DNA from: Lama guanicoe
Lineage: Eukaryota
NCBI GenBank assembly: GCA_013239625.1
Contig: MU053487.1
Location: 3,493,058 to 3,557,057 of the forward strand
Direction of reading: 5' to 3'
Length of the DNA stretch: 64,000 nt
Shown: piece after piece, positions 39,620-52,758 of the stretch
Position numbering within the stretch: the first letter of the stretch is position 1
Layout: each line of letters begins with the position of its first letter
Notes under the pieces: generated by a model
What the model saw: the letters and a program-made list of their open reading frames with translations, nothing else
The model's database searches: none
What the model was told of the DNA's origin: nothing
Position numbers and translations under genes: made by a program

Positions 39620-40893
39620 TCAAGAACCACCCCCCACTCCACCTACTGAACCCCTTGGCTGTGGGTCCCTGTGAAGGGGGGGAAATGACACTTCCTGTCC
39701 CCAAGGAAGGGCAACCCATGGCCAGAAGGTCTGGTGGGCAGGGAGGGGAGTGAGGAAACACACACGCCTTTAGCTTTGCCCCCTGAAGTCTGACATAGCT
39801 CAGAACATCTGCCTTTCCCTTCTTGGCTCTGCCCAGAGTCCATGACCTTCAAACTTAATTTTCAATCAGGTCTCTGCCAGTTGAGGACACCAGAAGTCTG
39901 CTGGGAGAGGGCCTCTGGAGACACATTCTCTGAGCTAAGTTTCTGGTTTATTTTGGGGTTGCAGCTACTGGGATGGATGGATGTTCTCCGGTAAAGTGTG
40001 CCCAGGGGCCCTCCGAGCGGTCCACACGGAGGGTCCTCCGACAGCTCTCCCGCAGCGGGAGCAGGGCTGGCAGGGCGGGTGGTGTGGGGGCTCCCGTGCC
40101 TCTGCCCTCCCTGGGAAGCGGCTCTCTGACCCCGTGAGCCACGGCCCCACGCTCTTCATCTAAACTCACAGCACCCAGGAGAGGCATCCTTGGCAAAAAG
40201 AAACGGGATTCCACTCAGTGAGGGACCTAGTCCCCAGGTGTCCGTGAGCCAGGAGCATGTTTGCCACACAGACTGAAGTGCACCGGTGTGGGGCTGTGTG
40301 GTGGGTTTGGTGCCAGAATGGGTAATGCTGACACATGCAAACGAGAGGGGGTCCCTGGCGCCCCAGCAAGCATGATGAACCCAGGAACAGGGTGGGAGGC
40401 CAACTCTCAAGTCTGCCCTTGGCTGGCTCTATGGCCAGTGGCCACCACAGAGGCATTTCTGGCAGCTAGAGTCTCCCCTGTGTCCCAGAACCAAATGTAC
40501 ATGCTCCCAAAGAGACATTTAACTTAGGTCAAATTATTCACTTGTGAACGGCTTTCCACCTGAAATAAGCAGTTTGTTTCTCCATGGATCAGGAGTGTGG
40601 GCAAAGTTCTAAACCATCAACCCAATGGGGGCTGCGTGATGGTGCCTGCCGAGTCGGTGAGACACACTCAGATGTGTCTGCTGAAGTCACAACACAACTG
40701 TGCATGTTTTGTAAAAACAACAACAACCACCAAAATACACATGCAAACGTACAAATAGGTTTGTTTTGCTATATATGATGGGTAATTTTTTTTTCTTGGT
40801 GGGCTTTTAAATTTGCCTCGTATGTGCACATTCTTTGGTAAAATTTGATGACTTGAAAAAACGCATAGGGCTCTGCACTTAGAAAACAGTACT

Positions 40894-40988
40894 GGGGGAG
40901 GGTGTAGCTCAGTGGGAGAGCGCATGCTTAGCATGCATGAGGTCTTGGGTTCGATCCCCAGTACCCCTATTAAAAAAAAAAAAAAGAA
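40894..40988 (+). mobile_element. tRNA-Ala-derived SINE (vic-1-like)
   Basis: GGGGGAGGGTGTAGCTCAGTGGGAGAGCGCATGCTTAGCATGCATGAGGTCTTGGGTTCGATCCCCAG plus poly(A). Imperfect TSD agaaaa(c/t)agt(a/g)c. Confidence 0.9.
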
Positions 40989-41428
40989 AGAAAATAGTGC
41001 CAAAGCATTTACTAAGCAAATGCAAACTGCTATCCAATGGTGAGACTACAGCTGGCTCCTTCCTTCATCCTTATTCACAGTCCCACTGTCCATCAGAGAG
41101 AGGGAAGCAGCCTGGGTCGGCCAGGAGGCAGGGGACACCGACAGGCACAGGGAACCCGGGCCCATGGGACTGGGCCCACCCAGATGGGAGGCCCTGCAGG
41201 AGAGCAGAAGCCCAGGGGCCCCGGGCGGTGGGGCTGGGCTGCAGCTGGGACGCCTGTGCCCCAGGCCTCACTTCCTCTCCTTTGTCCAGTGTTCTCTGGC
41301 CCTCATGGAGCCCACGGGGTCAGGGGTGGCAGGCCTGGGGGGAGGTTCTCACAGCTCTCCTCCTCCAAGTCCAGCCTGCGCCCTGGAGATCCCGCACGGG
41401 CTCCTGCCAGGTCAGGGCCAACTGGTCA

Positions 41429-41839
<411 letters not shown>

Positions 41840-42559
41840 TCAGACCTTCACTGAGGGCCTGCTGTGAGCACGGCACACACAGGTCTGTAATAGCCCCACT
41901 CACCCCAGGACTTGGAATGCGTTCTCCCCATTCTACAGATGAAAAAACTGAGTCCCAAAGCCACCCGCCAGTGTAGAGAAGCAGGGACCCAAAGCCTGGG
42001 CTTGCAGTCGCCACGTGCTTTCCTTCAAGTCAGATTCTTGGGCCTGCCCCTTCCCTCCCCCATAGTAGCCTCTCTGGGGAAGAAGGACCATCTTGAGCCG
42101 CATATAAGCAGATCGACAGTCCTGGGGCATTTCCCCAGAGCCGGACCACACAACATTCTGACAGCTTCAAAGGGAGGCTCAGAAGGAGCCTCTGAGGACT
42201 GCTCTGCTCTCTGCTCCCTCTGCCCCACTTCCACTGGGTGTCTCCACCCCACAGATTTTGTCCTTCTGAAGCTCCACGGGCACCCAATCCCTCCTGCGTC
42301 ACTGCTGGCTGGTGATCACAGGTTGGAAATGGCCCCCTGCCTGACCTCGCGAGCCATCACCACTCCCACCCCCCGGCTCTGAGGGCAGCCTAGGGGGGAC
42401 AAGGGGCTGTGGGCACGGCCTGACCCCCACAGCCTCCTCCCAGGAGGGACTCCTGTGCTGCCCCAACTCGCCCCCCGAGGATGCTGGTCCCCATTCTGGG
42501 GAGGATGAGGGGCATCTCTCAGGGACCTCTTGCTGGGGACAGGGCCCCAGGGACCAGAT

Positions 42560-43330
42560 CCAACCAGTCTGCCCGCCTAGCTCCCAGCAGGCCATCCTTG
42601 TCGTCTGTCCTTCCAAAGCTTTTCCCCCCTGCTCCACCCACATCCCCCACCTCAATGATGGCAACTCCATCCTTCAGCTGCTCAAGCCACAAGGCCTGGC
42701 GTCATCCCTGCCTCCTGCCTGTCTCTCACACCCTCCATCCAACCCGTCAGGATTTCCTGTTGGCTCTGCCTTCACAATACGTCAGAAGTCCAAATATTTC
42801 TCACCACTTCCACTGCCACCATCCTGGCCAGGCCACTGTCATCTCTCCCCTGGATTACTGCCATGGCCTCCCAACCTTCTCCCTGCTTCCCCTCCCATGC
42901 CCCACCGCCTCCGCGAAGGGGTGATCCTTTTAGAACATGAGTCAGATCATGTCACTCTTCTGCTCAAAGCCCTTTAACACCTCCCCATTTCATTCTAAAT
43001 AAAAGTCATACTTTTCAAAGGCTGCACCTCTTCTGCTCCAAGCAGTCTGGCCTCATCTGCTACACTTTCCTCCCGTCCACCTCTGCTCCAGCCACTCTGG
43101 CCTCCCTGTAGTTGCTCAAGTATGTCAGGCATGCTCCCACCACAGGACCTTTGCACTGCCACTCCAACCTCTGCTTAGAATGTTCTGCAGACATTTGCCA
43201 GGCTAACCCCAATCTCCTTCAAATGTCACCACAGTGGGCCCACCCTGGCCAGCCTGTTTACAGTTATCTGCACTGTCCCTTCTCCCTGAGTCCTGGCCCT
43301 CTATCCCCTTCCTCCTCTACTCCCTTTTCT
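42560..43330 (+). mobile_element. L2 fragment
   Basis: ggctctgccttcacaatac...gtcagatcatgtcactcttctgctcaaagccct...caggacctttgcactgc. Confidence 0.8.
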
Positions 43331-43552
43331 CCGTGTCCTTCCAACTGGGGGTTCTGATGGTAGGGCCCAGGTTGCCCCTCTGTGACCCCAGACTCGGGTC
43401 TCCTGCCCCTCTGCCCACCCCAAGGCCCAGCTGAGGGACCCCACTTCAGCCTGGTGACTTCCGCCAGCCCCACCTTCGGTCCCTCAGCCTCAGCTCCTTC
43501 TCGCATCAGCCACGGGTCCCCCTTCTCCCCTCCCCTCAGGGACCACACTCAC

Positions 43553-43726
43553 ATCCACGATGAGGAAGTCGAGCCAGCACCAGGCGTTGGTGAAGTACTT
43601 CTTGAAGCCGTAGGCCACCCACTTGAGCAGCATCTCCAGCACGAAGACGTAGGTGAACATCTTGTCGGCGTACTCCAGCAGGACCTTGATGGTCTTCCGC
43701 TCCTCCAAGTAGATGTCCTCAAAGGC
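43553..43726 (-). CDS. SCN5A: SCN5A exon 21 (DIII S2-S3), 174 bp
   Basis: [58 protein letters not shown]. Acceptor cag, donor gtgagt. Confidence 0.97.
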
Positions 43727-46657
43727 CTGCAGACCAATCCGGACAAGGTGGCCATGACGTCCGACCACCGCCAGCCCCACCCTGCCGAGCCCCCAGCTCT
43801 GACACCAACTGCTGCCCAGGGGCTGGGGCCGGATCTGGGAGACGCGGAGCAGAGGGGGTTCCTCAGCGTGCTCTCCAAGCAGGGCGTGCACCACTGCTCG
43901 GTCAGGAAGCAACCCAAAGTGGTGTGTGCACAACAGGGCAGAATGTGTAGCCTGATGCTTCCTCCTTCACTTTAAAGATCGAGTCTCAGTTCGGGCGAGG
44001 GCATCTTTAAGACCTTTCTAAAACGTGCTCATCTCCCATTTTAACGAGAGGGTGTGCGGGCTCAGCGCACAGTCTGCTGCTGGAAACAGCATAAACCTTT
44101 TTTTTTTTTCCCACTCCACTGTGTTTTTACTCTACTTTAGGCAATTACCTACTTTTCATAGGAAACAATATTGGTTTCCAATGACAACAATCATTCAAAG
44201 TTGCCCTTTACAATAAATTTATTTAAACAAACAAAAAAACAGTGGGTGTTGATCTAAGGGAAAATTTTAAAGAAATGATAGTAAAGGCAGTTTGTAGATA
44301 GGAAGTTTAGGAAACACAGGACTAGATGAAGTCAAACCTCCTGCAATCCTCAGAACCTGGGAGTCAAAATTTCTAAAATGCTAGAAGTTCTAAGTCTTTC
44401 CCTACCTCCTCACTCCTGCCTCGACCCAAATCCCTGAGCCAACAGAGACCTGATGGCCCCCAGTCCCCCCTCCAACTCCAGTCTTCTCATCTGTACCTGC
44501 TCCCCCCGTTCAGTGCGCTCTGGGGCTCCCAGTCTAGGCAACTGAGCGCGTCACTGAGGGCCCCGGGGAGCTGCCTCCACCAGCTGCTCTGGGCCTCCCT
44601 GTCCAACCGCAGGGCCTCTGTGAGCTACAGTGATCCAGGGGGCCGGTGCTGTCAGCAGTGTCCTAGTATACACCACTGGGGCATCACATGGCTCATCTGG
44701 CCAGTGTAGATGGGACAACAGGATAATTCAGGTCCCAAAATTGACTGGAAATTGTTCAAGATAAAAAGTGGGCGAGTCTTTTTCTGATTATAAAAATATA
44801 TGCTTCTTATAAAAAATGAAATGCAGAAATTATAAGAATAAAAGGCATCTCCAGTTTCATGATATTAAAGTAACCACTGCTAACATTCAGATGAACATTC
44901 TTTTCGACTCTATTTGTGTGTATTTGAGCACACAATTTTATAAGGTAAACTATTTTGTTTTGAAATTTCCTTTTCCATGAAACAATCTTTTGTGAACATT
45001 TATCTACCCGATATGAGAATATGTACAATATGTATCTATCATTCTTTTTGAAGGCTGCATAATTAATATTTCATTATTTGCATGTGCTATTATTTAGCCA
45101 TTGTTTCCAATTTATCCCTAGTAGAAACAACAGTGCAATGAGCAACTCATCTGATTATCTGAGGAGGATAATGTCCTAGAGTTGAGGTGCCAGGTCAAAG
45201 CTGTACTTTCAGTACAGATTAGGAACAGGACCTCCAGAAGGGACACCGATTGACACTCCCTTCACAGTGCATGAAGGCAGCTCTCTCCCCACCACCCACA
45301 CTGGTGCTGCATCTCCTTTGTCACGTTTCCCAGCCTAATGAATACAAGTTGTCACTGTTACATTTTAATTTGTTTTATTTCTAGTGATCCTGACACCATT
45401 TCCTTGGATATTTGCAGTGCTCTTTATAAATTTCCTGTTCATCTCCTTTGCCTAGTTTTTCTCCTGAGTGTTGGGTTTACCTGGGGACACTAACTCTTTA
45501 TTTTAGACGCTTTATCCTAGTTTTGTGCCTTTAAATCTTGTTTACGTTTGTTTACCATATTGAAGTTCTGTACTTCATTTTCATTTATTGTTACATCGTT
45601 TAATAGAATTATAGCATTTATTATGATTTTCATTTAGTAAAACCTTTGGTGTCATGTTAAGAAAGCCCTTGCCTGTTCTAGGGCCAAAGGAAAAAAATGA
45701 CCTTTCTTTTCTTCTTCCTTTTTTTTTTTTTGGCTTTCTAGTTTCATAATTTTATGCTATAATTTTTAAAATCTAATATATTTTGGTAAAGAGCAAATAC
45801 CCATTTTAATATTTTTTTGCAGAGTGGCTTGTCAACTGTCCTAACACTTTATTAAAGAATCCACTTTAAGTCCACAGATTAGAAGCTGACTTTATCATCC
45901 ACTACATTTCTCTGTTTGCTGAAATCTATTTCTGATCTCTGTGTGGTTCTGCTGCTCTTTCTGTCTGTTCCTGAATTAGTGTCATGTGAATCTTCCTGAC
46001 CATTTTTCATAATTTTTAAGATAAACTTAAGCAATGTTTTGTCAAATTCACTTAAAAACGTTAGAAATGTATTGTTATGAACTGTTTTAGGAATTAGTAC
46101 AGTCTTTCTACCCAAGACCAGAGTATATTTATAGTATGTTTATCTGTCTGTTTGTCTTCTTTTACAATCCTTAGGAAAGTTTAATAGTTTTCTTCATGTA
46201 CGTCTCATACACCTCAGATTATATTTATTTTCGATTCTTTTATGCTTAAAAGGCCTGGCATATAGGACTATTTGAGAAATGTTACTTGTGACTAAACAGT
46301 TCTGTCAGTATAAAACAACAGCAGCAATAAATATTTGTGTATTTATTTTATATCTGGTCATATTTTTAAAAATAGGTTTTAAACCAGTTTTAATCTGTTA
46401 AAATTTTTTCTAGGCAATCATCTATGCATAATGATATATTTCTATTATTTTAAACTCATTTTATACTGGATAATATTAACTACATTTCTTCTATTTTCCA
46501 ATTTTTATACTGATTAGTTCTGACTAGTATTTCAAGATTATGATTGAATAATGAAAAACAGCTAAAATGTAGTTAAATCATCATTTTCTTATTCTTGACT
46601 TTAGTAGAAGTGTTTCAAGTGCTTTACTACAAATAATAATGACACAACTTAATTTGA

Positions 46658-46748
46658 GGGGGAGGGGGTAGAGCTCAGTGGTAGATAGAGCACATGCTTA
46701 GCGTGCACGAGGTCCTGGGTTCAATCCCCAGGCCCTCCATAAAAAAAG
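46658..46748 (+). mobile_element. tRNA-Ala-derived SINE (vic-1-like)
   Basis: GGGGGAGGGGGTAGAGCTCAGTGGTAG...GGGTTCAATCCCCAG plus A tail. TSD ttaatttga on both sides. Confidence 0.88.
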
Positions 46749-47712
46749 AAGTTAATTTGACAGTAAGCTTTTCACTAAGTTAAGGAAATAATTGTATTTC
46801 TATTCTCACCAAAGTTTTAAAAATTAGGCATTCATTGAGATGATTATATGGTTTTACATCTTTGCCTGACTCATATAAATACATATATGGCACCATTCTA
46901 ACCATTCAGTTAGAATATACCTAACTATGACTCATTTAATCTTTTAAATATACTACCGGATCCTACTTGCATGTATTTTAAGATTTTTGCATCACTATTC
47001 GTAAGTATGGAGTATGAAAACTGGTCTCTGGTTTTCCATTTGGTGTACTTCAAATTTTAAAAATCAGCACTATTTAACTTTCATAAAAATAATTTGCAGA
47101 TTTTCCATTTTTTTATACATTAGAAGATTTTACAATAGCATTGGAATTATTTTCTTCCTTGAGAATATGAACGAATCCACTCTTGGAGAGGTAAGAGATT
47201 AGATTAGCTAGTGGTTTATTTGATCATTTAAATTTTCAAGGAATCAGCTTTGGAATTGTTTCCGTTTTACTGTTTATTTTCTAATTCATTCATCTATAGT
47301 TTTATATTAGTAATTACTTCCTTAGCTTTAAGGATTTGTTGTATTTCTAATTACTTGAGTTAAATAATTAATTTACATTCTTAACACTTAATAATAAAAA
47401 TATTTAAGCCTATATATTTTACCCTTATTACAGTCTTGGCTGTACCCCACATGTAGTATTAACAATATTGTTACTTTCTAGTTTCTACTCCTGCAAAGTA
47501 TTTTTCTCTATTTTTTCCTTTCTTATTTTTCTAGATTTCAGGTGGGCAAAACTGGTTGAGTCGTCATCTTTGATTTATGATGCACTGTCATCTTTGGTCC
47601 ACAAATAGTGTCTTTATCTTATTTATTTGTTTACTTATTAATATAATGAACACCCATGAACCTACCACTTAACTATTTTCTGTTTGATCCAAGGTTTGTT
47701 TAAGAATGACTT

Positions 47713-49146
47713 CAGCCCAGAAATGAACCCACAAACTTTTTGATCAATTACTCTTTGACAAAGGAGGCAAGAATATACAATGGAATAAAGACAGTCTCTT
47801 CAGCAAATGGTGTTGGGAAAACTGGACAGCAGCATGTAAATCAGTGAAGCTAGAACAGTCCCCCATACCATACACAAAAATAAACTCAGAATGGATCAAA
47901 GACTTAAACATAAGACAGGACACAATAAACCTCTTAGAAGAAAACATAGGGAAAACATTATCTCACATACATCTCAAAAATGTTCTCCTAGGGCAATGTA
48001 CCCAAGAAATAGAAATAAAAGCAAGAATAAACAAATGGAACCTAGTGAAACTTACAAGCTTTTGCACAGCAAAGGAAACCATAAGCAAAACAAAACAACA
48101 ACCTACAGAATGGGAGAAAATATTTGCAAAAGATGAAATTGACAAAAGCTTGATCTCCAGAATATATAAGCAGCTCACATGACTTAATAAGAAAAAAACA
48201 AACAACCCAATCCAAAAATGGGCAGAAGACCTAAACAAGCAATTCTCCAAGGAAGAAATACGAATGATCAATAGGCACATGAAAAAATGCTCAACATCAC
48301 TAATTATCAGAGAAATGCAAATGAAAACTACAATGAGGTATCATCTCACACCAATCAGAATGGCCACCATTCCAAAGTCCATAAATGACAAACGCTGGAG
48401 AGGCTGTGGAGAAAAGGGAACCCTCCTACACTGCCAGTGGGAATGCAGTTTGGTGCAGCCACTGTGGAAAACAGTATGGAGACTCCTCAAAAGACTAGGA
48501 ATAGACTTACCATATGACCCAGTAACTCCACTCCTGGGCACATATCCAGAAGGAACCCTAATTCAAAAAGACACCTGCACCCCAATGTTCATAGCAGCAC
48601 TATTTACAATATAACTAAGTCATGGAAACAGACTAAATGTCTATCAACAGAGAAATGGATAAAGAAGTTGTAGTATATTTATACAATGGAATACTATTCA
48701 GCCATAAAAATGACAACATAATGCCATTTGTAGCAACATGGATGCCCCTGGAGAATGTCATTCTAAGTGAAGTAAGCCAGAAAGAGAAAGAAAAATACCA
48801 TATGATATCACTCATATGTGGACTCTAAAAAAAAGAAGACAAATGAACTTAAATATAAAACAGAAACAGACTCATAGACATAGAATACAAATTTATGGTT
48901 GCCAGGGGGGAGGGGGGTGGGAAGCAACAGAGTAGGAGATTGAAATTTGTAGATACTGACAGGTATATATAGAACAGTTAAACAAGCTTATACTGTATAG
49001 CACAGGGAAATATATACAAGACTGTGTGGTAGCTCACGGTGAAAAAGAATGTGAAAATGAATATATGTATATTCATGTATGACTGAAAAATTGTGCTCTA
49101 CCCCGGAAATTGATAATGTAAACTGACCATAACTCAATTAAAAAAA
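47713..49146 (+). mobile_element. Young 5'-truncated L1 (~1.4 kb)
   Basis: ORF2 C-terminal peptides (YTKINSEWIKDLNIR..., [16 protein letters not shown]..., [12 protein letters not shown]) broken by stops and frameshifts. Poly(A) tail. TSD aatgactt at 47705-47712 and 49147-49154. Confidence 0.93.
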
Positions 49147-49199
49147 AATGACTTACATTTCTAAGGGTTTGCTTTTAATCTTTCTCGTTTTGCTCCACC

Positions 49200-49355
49200 T
49201 AGCAGTTTCCTTATCTGTAAAATAGGCTTAATAATAGTACGTATTTCACAGGGTTATTACAAAAATTGAATGAATTAATATTTGTAAAATGTTTACAACA
49301 GGGCCTGGCACATAGTGAGTACTATTTAAGTGTTAGCTATTATTTTTATTATTAT
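49200..49355 (+). mobile_element. MIR fragment
   Basis: cagtttccttatctgtaaaataggcttaataatagtac...gcctggcacatagtgagtact. Confidence 0.8.
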
Positions 49356-50984
49356 TAGGTTAGATCAGCTTTATTAACTATAAATATATTTTTAGATTTG
49401 TCTTCTTTCTACTTGATCTGTCAAGAACTAACAGAAATGTGGTAAAATCTCACTGTACTATTACACTGTTACCACTTTTTTCTATTTTTGTTTTATGTAA
49501 GTGCTATGAAATCCCAAGCAAATATATTCATAATAGTTGTATTTTTATTATAGGTTGGACCCTCTTTGTTTTCCCTCCAGGCTTTTACCTTGTTTAACAT
49601 TAACAAACAAAAACACTCCGATTTTTGTCATTGTTTGCATCTGCCTGCTGTATCTTATTATTTCACTTTTAATATTTCTGAGTCACAGTGTTTCAGGCTT
49701 GTCATTTGAGAGCGTATAGCTAAAGAGTTTTTTCCCCAGCCCATTTATAGTCCTTTTCTTTTAAAAGATGAATTTTATCCAGTTACATTTATTATTTAAA
49801 CACGTTTGATCTTGCCTTTGCCATATTACTTTCTGTTTCCTGATTCAGTGCTTCCTTGTTCCTACCTTTGTTCCTATCTTTTGCTGTAAAAATCTCTGTT
49901 CTTAAAAAATTTCCCCTTTAGCAATTTGGAAGTGATATAGTCTGCTTTCAGTTAAACAAGTTTATAACTTTAAATAGCATACTGAGATTTCTTTTTCTCA
50001 ATATATCATTAATGTGGGTTTTTTTTTTTTTTAACAGTGCTTGGCTGTCTACCCTGATTACAGTCACCACTCACTTGCCAAAACTCCTCCTCACTTATGC
50101 TAGGCTGAGCTTTTCCTCCACAGCCTAGACTAAATGGCTCTGGCTGCCCTTGTTTGTGGCTGTTTAAAAACAAAACTCGTTAACATATTGTCAAATCCTC
50201 CTTCTCTGAAACCTACAGAGATTTGGCTCTAGCTGCCAACGGTAAAACAGCATGTAGCCTGCAAGCCATGGCTCTAGGCCCATTCTGGGACGGGGCAGGG
50301 CAGCACAGGGTGGGGTGGGAGGCCCAGAGATTTAGCAGTGACAGTGCAGGGCCTCCCCATGGCCTCCCCCACAGGAGGCAGCACGGGCTGCAGGCACACA
50401 GCCTGGGATCCGAGTGGCCCTCTCCCTCTCCCGAGCCCAAAGCATTCCTCATTAGGTGGTCACGCACGAACGCCTCAGCTCCCCAACAAAATCAGATCCT
50501 TGCTTCATCTGGGCCAGTTAAATGTCTGTTTCTTCTACCTTCTTGATCACCCCTCTCCCTGTTCACCAGCACTTTCCACAACCCTCTCCAGGGCTGTTCC
50601 ACCTCCTCCCAGAAGGGGTTCTGAGAGGTCAGAGCAGAGTGCTTGGGAGCGAGATGGGGCAGGTTCTCCTCCACCTGGGCTTAGATTCCCCAGGTGCACC
50701 CCAAACCTCCCTGCTCTCCAGCGTCCATCTCCATCTTTATCTGCTTCTACCAGGGAAGCTTCCTGACTGTCCCAGTCCCCCTTGGCCTCCCATCACCCTG
50801 CGTCATCCACTCCATTCTTGCTCAGCTCTCTTGAGCTGAATCTGGTTTCCTCGACTAGACAGGGAGAGAGCCTCTGAAGCCAGAGCCGGTGTCTCCTCCT
50901 CCTATTGCTTCTCCGTGGCTCACAGGACTAGTAGATACAAGGAAGGCTTAGAAAAGATCGACTGAACAAATGGAAAGTCAAGAC

Positions 50985-51135
50985 AAAAAACTCTGGAATC
51001 TGACTGTCGGGGTTCAAAGGGCACATCTGCTGCTTGTGAGTGGTGGAGCTTTGGGCAAGTTACTTAATGTTTTTACAAAGGGCTGTTGTGGGGATTAAAT
51101 GTGATAATGTGTGAACTACATCGCTTGGCACCTTG
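50985..51135 (+). mobile_element. MIR fragment
   Basis: actctggaatctgactg...ggttcaaa...ttgggcaagttacttaa...gggattaaatgtgataatg. Confidence 0.7.
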
Positions 51136-51431
51136 CCCCAGAAGACACAGAATGAGTGGAGCTCCCAGTGTAATATCAACCAGCATTGTTAACTGCACTG
51201 AACCAGTCTGACGGAGCACCTGATGCTGTGTGCGGGTGGGTGTGTCACCAGAGCTTGGGTGTGGATGGCTGGCGACCTGTGACCTGTGGCAGCTGTGATC
51301 TGGGCAAATCAGTTCCCTTTGTGGAACAAGGGGGCCTGGACAAATGCCCTCTGTGAGCCCTTCCTGCTCTGACCTCCCTGTGTGCTGTGGGTGTTGAGAG
51401 TTTGTGAGTTGATCCCTGATCTGGGGCCCTA

Positions 51432-51767
<336 letters not shown>

Positions 51768-52637
51768 TCACATCTGATGGCAAAAAGCTAGCTGGCTGAA
51801 GGAATGACTGAAAGAGGTTATAAGGATGGGTAATGAACTTGGTGATGTGGTGGGTGAGGCTGTGATGGCGGGCAGGGAGAAGGTGACTGCAGGTGTCGTC
51901 CTCAGGGGCCACACTCAGCAGGCATGCCGTGGAGAGGCCTGATGAGCCAGGCAACCAGTAAGTAGACAAAGGGCCTGGCAGGTCCGGGCAGGGGCAGAGC
52001 TGGGTTTGGGGTGGGCTCCACCTTGCCCTCTGCTCATCTGAGAAACTCTCCTCCTGGGAGGATGTTCCAGATCCCCCTAGGGTGCTCTGTCCCTGGGCCT
52101 TGTCCATGTTTGCAGTTTCTGAGCCTTGGGAAGGGCAGATCCCTCACTGACAGAACCACGTGACGTGTTACGTGAAGGGCAAACTCATTTTATCGCCAGC
52201 AACCCTCCAAATATACCACTGATCCATAAAAGCTCCAGACGCCAATCACCAATGTGCTACATGCCACACCCACCGTGAGGATCTACAGAGGGCCTACTAT
52301 GTGCCAGGCACTGTGCCAGGGACTGAGAGGACAGAGAGAATTGGACCCAGTCCCTGCTGCTGTGGGGGCAGGCAGTCATACTACCGCCCCCAAAACTCTG
52401 CCACCAGCCCTCGGTGCAGCCAACCCACGGCTGCCCAGCCCAGCACGTCGTGGACAGGCTCGCCATGACCCACGCCACTGGCAGACGGAAGGGCCCCAGG
52501 GTCACGAGGAATGGGGACGGGACGGCTGGCACTGGGCTCAGAGTGGGGCCTGACAAGGCCTGTGCTCCGGAGCTGTGGGTCCTCCTGCCCCTCCCAGAGG
52601 GGCTAAGGCTGCGACAGAAGGCCACCCAGGGCAGTAC

Positions 52638-52758
52638 CTTCGGTGAAGCAGTCCTCTGGATCCTCGACGTCCTCGCCGAGGTCGGGGATCTGCTCCAGGA
52701 GGTCAGCAGTGTTGGTCATGTCGGCTGTGCTCCCCTCGGAGTGACTGTCCTCGGGCGT
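52638..52758 (-). CDS. SCN5A: SCN5A exon 19 (DII-DIII linker), 121 bp
   Basis: [40 protein letters not shown](G). Acceptor cag, donor gtactg. Phase fits exon 20. Confidence 0.94.

Larger units (their letters stand above)
44780..50040 (-). mobile_element. Ancient degraded L1 (L1ME-like) block hosting nested younger insertions
   Basis: AT-rich island with L1 antisense motifs (ttcctgttcatctcctttgcc; cttattcttgactttagtagaagtgtttc; gaatcagctttggaattg). Confidence 0.6.

Noticed and set aside
40894..40966. Apparent tRNA-Ala gene
   Set aside because: Poly(A) tail, TSD and two diverged sister copies show it is a SINE.
47844..48828. ORFs resembling a reverse-transcriptase protein C-terminus as an active gene
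   Set aside because: Fragments of a 5'-truncated L1 ORF2 broken by stops and frameshifts.
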